DNA of 64,000 nucleotides from an uncultured virus (IMG/VR IMGVR_UViG_3300029305_002672) (Duplodnaviria; Heunggongvirae; Uroviricota; Caudoviricetes): IMG/VR virus record IMGVR_UViG_3300029305_002672; one strand, 5' to 3'. Shown piece by piece: positions 59,008 to 64,000 of this stretch (position 1 is its first letter; each line of letters starts with the position of its first letter). The notes under the pieces were generated by a model. It saw only the letters and a program-made list of their open reading frames with translations, ran no database searches and was not told where the DNA came from. The position numbers and the translations under genes were made by a program.

Positions 59008-59657
59008 TAATCCTGCCCGAGACCCACGAAGCATGGCTCCAAGAACGGAAATTCGGAATCGGAGCATCTGACGCGGCATCCCTGCTCGGAATGAGCAAGT
59101 GGAAGACCAATCAGCAGCTCTGGGAAGAGAAAGTCGGACTCCGAGAGTCGGAGGACATCTCCGACAAGCCATACGTACAGTACGGCCACGACGCAGAACC
59201 GCACATCCGAGCACTGTTCGCCCTCAACCACCCCGAGCTTGAGGTGAGCTACGAATCGCCCTACAAGATTATTCGGAACGACGAGCACCCGTTCATGTTC
59301 TGCACACCAGACGGAGAGCTGAGAGAGCTCCAGACGGGACGGAGGGGCGGGCTTGAGGTCAAGACCACCGAGATTCGGAACCCATCACAATGGGACGACT
59401 GGACTGACCGCATCCCCGACCAATATTACTGCCAAGTGATATGGCAGATGATAGCGAGCGGCTGGGAGTTTGTATGGCTTACCGCACTCATCAAATGGTA
59501 CACGAAGGACGGAGAGCTTCGAATGAACTTCAGAGAATACCCAATCGAGAGGGATGAGGTACTGGAGGACATAAACCACACCAAATCCAAAGGGATCGAC
59601 TTTTGGAAGTCGGTCGAAACCAAACAAAGACCGGCACTCAAACTGCCGTCTATATAA
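59004..59657 (+). CDS. YqaJ-family viral exonuclease
   Basis: WL..R..GIGASDA, CTPDG, LEVKT and YYCQV.WQM. Confidence 0.9.
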   Translation: MIILPETHEAWLQERKFGIGASDAASLLGMSKWKTNQQLWEEKVGLRESEDISDKPYVQYGHDAEPHIRALFALNHPELEVSYESPYKIIRNDEHPFMFCTPDGELRELQTGRRGGLEVKTTEIRNPSQWDDWTDRIPDQYYCQVIWQMIASGWEFVWLTALIKWYTKDGELRMNFREYPIERDEVLEDINHTKSKGIDFWKSVETKQRPALKLPSI

Positions 59658-59681
59658 AATACACAAACAAGGAGAAACCAC

Positions 59682-60572
59682 ATGGAACTACGAATTCAAC
59701 CCTACACCGCGCCCGAGCCGATTCAGTTCAACTACGAAGAGCTGAAGCAAATAATCACCCAGACCTCGGAGCGTTACGCAAACACCGTCTACACAAGCGA
59801 CCAAATCCCAGAGGCTAAGGCTGACCGCGCAAAACTCAAACGCCTCCAGAAAGCGCTGAACGACGAGCGCATCAATCGCGAGAGGGAATACATGGCAGAG
59901 TTCAATGTATTCAAAGGGCAGATTAACGAGATCATCGGCATCATTGACACCGCCGTATCCAACGTCGACGGGCAGGTCAAGGCAAGCGAAGAACGCGACA
60001 AGCAGAAAAAGCGCGAAGACATCGAAGCATACTGGCAGGAACAGCTGGAGGCTGGTAAGGTCCCCACCGGCATTATCCTCAAACAGATAGCCAATGAAAA
60101 GTGGCTGAACGCCACATTCAAGATGAAGGCTATCCAGACCGAGATAGACGAACGCCTTGAGAAGATCGCCTCCGAGCTTGCGGTGATTGAAAATCTGCCC
60201 GCGTATGCCTTTGAAGCAAAAGAGACGTACCTTGACACCCTCGACCTCGGAAGAGCTATCCAAGAAGCCCACAGGCTCACAGAGCAGGCAGAAAAGCGCA
60301 AGGCGTGGGAAGCAGAGCAGGAACGCCGCAGAGCAGCCCAAGAGGCAGCCAGAGCCGCCCAGGAAGCCGCCAGAGCAACGGAAGCGGCGCGTCCGACCGT
60401 AAGCAACCCCGAGGTACAAAGTGCGCCTGTAGAGCCTGTAAAGTCCCAGGAAGAGCCCGAACTGACGGAGAACGTCTATGTCCTGCGCCTTGAGCTGCAG
60501 GTCACCAAGAATCAAGCAGCTATGCTGAAAGCCTTTCTGAACGAGAACGGCATCAACCACCATAAAATCTAA
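59682..60572 (+). CDS. DUF1351-like coiled-coil protein
   Basis: FNYEELK, AK.DRAKL and WLNA; lies between yqaJ and bet. Confidence 0.7.
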   Translation: MELRIQPYTAPEPIQFNYEELKQIITQTSERYANTVYTSDQIPEAKADRAKLKRLQKALNDERINREREYMAEFNVFKGQINEIIGIIDTAVSNVDGQVKASEERDKQKKREDIEAYWQEQLEAGKVPTGIILKQIANEKWLNATFKMKAIQTEIDERLEKIASELAVIENLPAYAFEAKETYLDTLDLGRAIQEAHRLTEQAEKRKAWEAEQERRRAAQEAARAAQEAARATEAARPTVSNPEVQSAPVEPVKSQEEPELTENVYVLRLELQVTKNQAAMLKAFLNENGINHHKI

Positions 60573-60599
60573 CACCCAAACACAAGGAGGAACAACACC

Positions 60600-61337
60600 A
60601 TGGCAGTAACAAACAGTATCGCAAAGAGACCCCAGAACAATGACAAGGTAGTCGAGTACAAGTGCGGTGAGGAGACCGTCAAGCTCTCCCCGTCCATTAT
60701 CAGAAACTATCTGGTGAACGGCAGCGGCAACGTCAGCGACCAAGAGGTCGCCATGTTCCTGAACCTCTGCCGATTCCAGCACTTGAACCCCTTCCTTCGG
60801 GAGGCGTACCTCATCAAGTTCGGAAACCAGCCCGCCACCATCGTGACCGGTAAGGAAGCAATCACCAAGAGAGCTATGAGGAATCCGAAATACGCAGGAC
60901 AGCAGGCAGGCATCGTTATCTTCCACAGCGATAGCGGAGAGCTGGAGCACCGCCCCGGCGCTCTCCTGATGCAAGGCGAGCAGCTCATCGGAGGATGGGC
61001 AAAGGTCTACGTCAAAGACTACGACGTGCCGATTGAAGCGGTCGTATCCTACGATGAATACGTCGGATTAACGAAAGACGGCGTCGTCAACAGCCAATGG
61101 GCAAAGAAACCCGCAACCATGATTCGTAAGGTCGCCCTGGTGCAAGCCCTGCGCGAAGCCTTCCCCGAAGACCTCGGCGGAATGTATGCGTCCGAGGAAG
61201 TCGGCGTAGACATCAACGAGACTGCCTTGGCGCCGGTGGAGATGCCGACGCAGACAGACACAACACAGGGGAATCCCTTCACACACGATTATTCCTACGA
61301 TGAGCCCCCTGTTATAGAGGAGCTTGATAACTTCTAA
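60600..61337 (+). CDS. bet: Bet/RecT single-strand annealing protein
   Basis: LNPF.REAYLIKFG, GGWAKVY and W...PATMIRKVALVQALREAFP. Confidence 0.9.
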   Translation: MAVTNSIAKRPQNNDKVVEYKCGEETVKLSPSIIRNYLVNGSGNVSDQEVAMFLNLCRFQHLNPFLREAYLIKFGNQPATIVTGKEAITKRAMRNPKYAGQQAGIVIFHSDSGELEHRPGALLMQGEQLIGGWAKVYVKDYDVPIEAVVSYDEYVGLTKDGVVNSQWAKKPATMIRKVALVQALREAFPEDLGGMYASEEVGVDINETALAPVEMPTQTDTTQGNPFTHDYSYDEPPVIEELDNF

Positions 61338-61400
61338 ACGACCAAAAATAGAGCCGGTGCCTTATGGCATTCGGCTCTTACCATGAAGAAAGGAAAGAAT

Positions 61401-64000
61401 ATGGAATACGAGAAGGTAAACACCCTTTTTGACTCGGACGAAGCCGAGTATGAGCATAAAAAAGAGCTATCAATTAACCTTCAGGGCGTGGCCTGTAGCA
61501 TGATAAAACCCACACATGCCATTCCATGCCTGTTATGCGGGAAAGGCATTCCCAACGAACACCCGTGGCAATCAGGCCAAATTTGCAAAGAGTGCCAAAA
61601 GCTCTGGCAAGAGATAAAGGAAGAGAGGGAACATCATGGATAAATTCTTTACACAAAAAAACTGCGACAGATGCGGCGGATCGCTTGAATGCGGGCGCAC
61701 CATGTCCATGTACAACAAAGACTGCATCTGCATGGCTTGCTACGAAAAAGAAAAACAGAGACCCGACTACAACGAAGCTGTCGAAACTGACCATGCGGAG
61801 ATCAAACGCGGCAACTACAACTTTGAGGGCATCGGATATAGCCAGGACGGCGAAATCACCGCCGACGCCCAAGAGATAGAGCTCACCATGAAAGCCTATT
61901 CCAAAGAAGAGCTCGCAAGAAAGCACGTGCTCCTGACCAAAGACGTCATGCGAGTGGAAACTGAAAACAAGGCGCTGAAGACCGAACTGGCAAAGGCAAC
62001 GCTCAAGCAGACACCGAAGAAGCCTGACTACGAGGGCGACGGATATGCAGACGGACACCTCGTATATGATATGGCATATTGCCCGGAATGCCGCCACGGA
62101 TTCGAGGATAATATCAACGATTGGGGCAGCAAATACTGTCCCGACTGTGGCCAGGCGCTCGATTGGAAGGAAGATTGAACATATGAAAAGCCTTGAAGAA
62201 TTGAAACGCACAGTCGGGTTGATGATTATGAAAATCGGCATAGATGGCGGATGCGGAGAGGTGTGGGCTGGCGGCAAGGCGTTCGGCTCTGTGATATGGT
62301 CTTACGGCGGAGGCTGGGAACACGTCAGCCTTGCTCCATATAAACGCAGCCACACGCCAACGTGGGACGAAATGTGCCGCCTCAAGGATATGTTTTTCCA
62401 CGAAGACGAGACGGTTGTTCAGTATCATCCCCCAAAGAGCGAATACGTCAACAATATGCCGAACTGCCTGCACCTGTGGCGACCTCTCAAAGAGGTTATG
62501 CCGACGCCGCCCTCCATCATGGTAGGGCTGCGCCAAGGTCAGACCGCAGCTGAAGCACGCAAAGAAATCGAGGAGGTGAAGCCATGAGCAAGTTTTTCAA
62601 GAAAGGCGAACTGCAGGATAAGAAGATCGCCGCGGCATTACGCCAAGCCGCGGAGGATTATGAGAACGGCGAGATTGCCGAGGTCAAAGGCGTGCTGATT
62701 GATATTATCAATGCCATCTCCGACTTCGAGCAGAACTATGAGGTGTAGAATGATGCCTGACAAGAAATTTCATGACGCATACAAAGCAGATGCGTACTTC
62801 GTTCCGGCGACCAATGTCATATGCCGGAACTGTGGAACACGGCTCAAGGTTTACTACGCCGAAGAGCAGCTCTACGCCGTCAAGTGCGGTTTCTGTGAGA
62901 CCATCACGCTCGTCAAGGCGAACAATCCGACCGAGGCGATGCGATATGTCGGCGAGTATGCGGAGAATTTGCCCGTTAAAAAGAAAATCCGCAAGTATTA
63001 TCGAAAATGTGGTGTTTGCGGAGAACGTCACGAGCAAAGCGAAATGATAAGAACAAACAATTCACCGAACGGGTGGATTTGCTTTGACTGCCATAATGCA
63101 GAGTACCCCGAATACGAAGATTTTGGCGAGGTGTGATAATGAGCAAGCACCTTCACGCCGTCGAGTTTGACGGAACGACCTTCGGAATGCCCATAGAAAC
63201 CGACACTATCGCATACCGAAAATTCAAGAGCCAAGTGAAATGCGAAACAGCAATCACCGTTTTTGGAGCCGAGGTAAGGGTCCTCACGGTACCGTATTTA
63301 TTCCTGGCAGCCATCATGGGAGAGGCTCACTGGCTCGTTACCGAACGCAAAGATTTTAATAAATTTTATATCGAGGGCTTCAAAGACGACGAATTCATAT
63401 ACGTCAAGTACACGGATTCTCTGGACTTCAGAGACCGATTCGGAACGAAGCTCCCGAGGGAGGATCAGACATGACCGAAACAGATAGATTACTTGAAGTG
63501 CTATACCCTGTGCTCAAAGAAAAGGTTGGTCATATGCCACTTTGCAAAGCTATGGAGATAGCCGATGCACTTCTTGCAAAAGGCATACTCACGCCGCCGG
63601 TGAAGATTGGCCAGACGGTGTACTACGCAATCGAAGAAATAGAGGGATACGACGATTATGTCGGCTCCTACGAGGCCCAAGGCGTGGCATTTATCCAAGG
63701 CAAGTGGTATGTATTCGAAGGCCCCGAAGACTGCTACGAGGTAGGCTCCCCTTTATGTAAACTCACCCGAGAGGAAGCGGAGGAACTGTTGAATGGACAA
63801 AAATAAGCAGCTTGAGGAAATGGCGAAAGAATTATCACAAGTGCAAAATATAGGCATTGTGATAATTGAAAGTCAAATGGACTCTCGAAATTCATACCAA
63901 AAACAGATAACCAACAACACTGTTGCTAAACACCTTTACGATAAAGACTACCGCAAGCAGAGCGAGGTTGCTTCGGCAGTGATTGGAGATGTGTGGGATT
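61401..64000 (+). other. Small hypothetical and Zn-finger genes (61401-61643, 61636-62178, 62183-62587, 62584-62748, 62750-63136, 63133-63474, 63471-63806, partial from 63793)
   Basis: Overlapping + strand ORFs with SDs; several CxxC pairs. Confidence 0.6.

Noticed and set aside
59688..60974. Long minus-strand ORFs (also 44624-45691, 54770-55630, 27124-27972)
   Set aside because: These are antisense shadows of well-supported + strand genes, with no motifs or SD.

Overview
The window is about 64 kb of one Bacillota/Clostridia-type contractile-tailed (PBSX/Xkd-like) phage genome, almost all on the + strand. It is probably a phage-plasmid: it has a plasmid-type Rep with a predicted antisense control RNA, a parA plus small partner gene, and a large serine recombinase flanked by phage genes on both sides. 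Gene order: rep, recU, DNA methylases, terS, an anti-defence island (MTases, Tad1, a 1.1 kb tRNA/tRNA-like RNA cluster), terL, portal, a block of fibre/adhesin-like genes, MuF, a head effector cassette, scaffold, capsid, tail, lysis, then early and recombination genes. Main candidate novel system: (i) Four genes are interrupted at the same CCC-TAA site and continue in the +1 frame (two DNA methyltransferases and two head-associated proteins), indicating programmed +1 frameshifting. (ii) In a cassette at 21.6-27.3 kb, the prohead protease and scaffold-like fragments are fused, via a repeated KFNP(Y/F)HDxxGRF leader, to toxin-like or anti-defence domains: three ADP-ribosyltransferase-like, a 2H phosphoesterase and a papain-fold deamidase. 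Three small immunity-like genes follow these toxin ORFs, and two of the fusions exist only through the frameshift. (iii) Four tRNA-like RNAs have intact acceptor and T arms but remodelled anticodon arms, some Asn-, Lys- or Pro-like, which are the amino acids at the shift sites. All calls come from manual motif reading; no searches were run.
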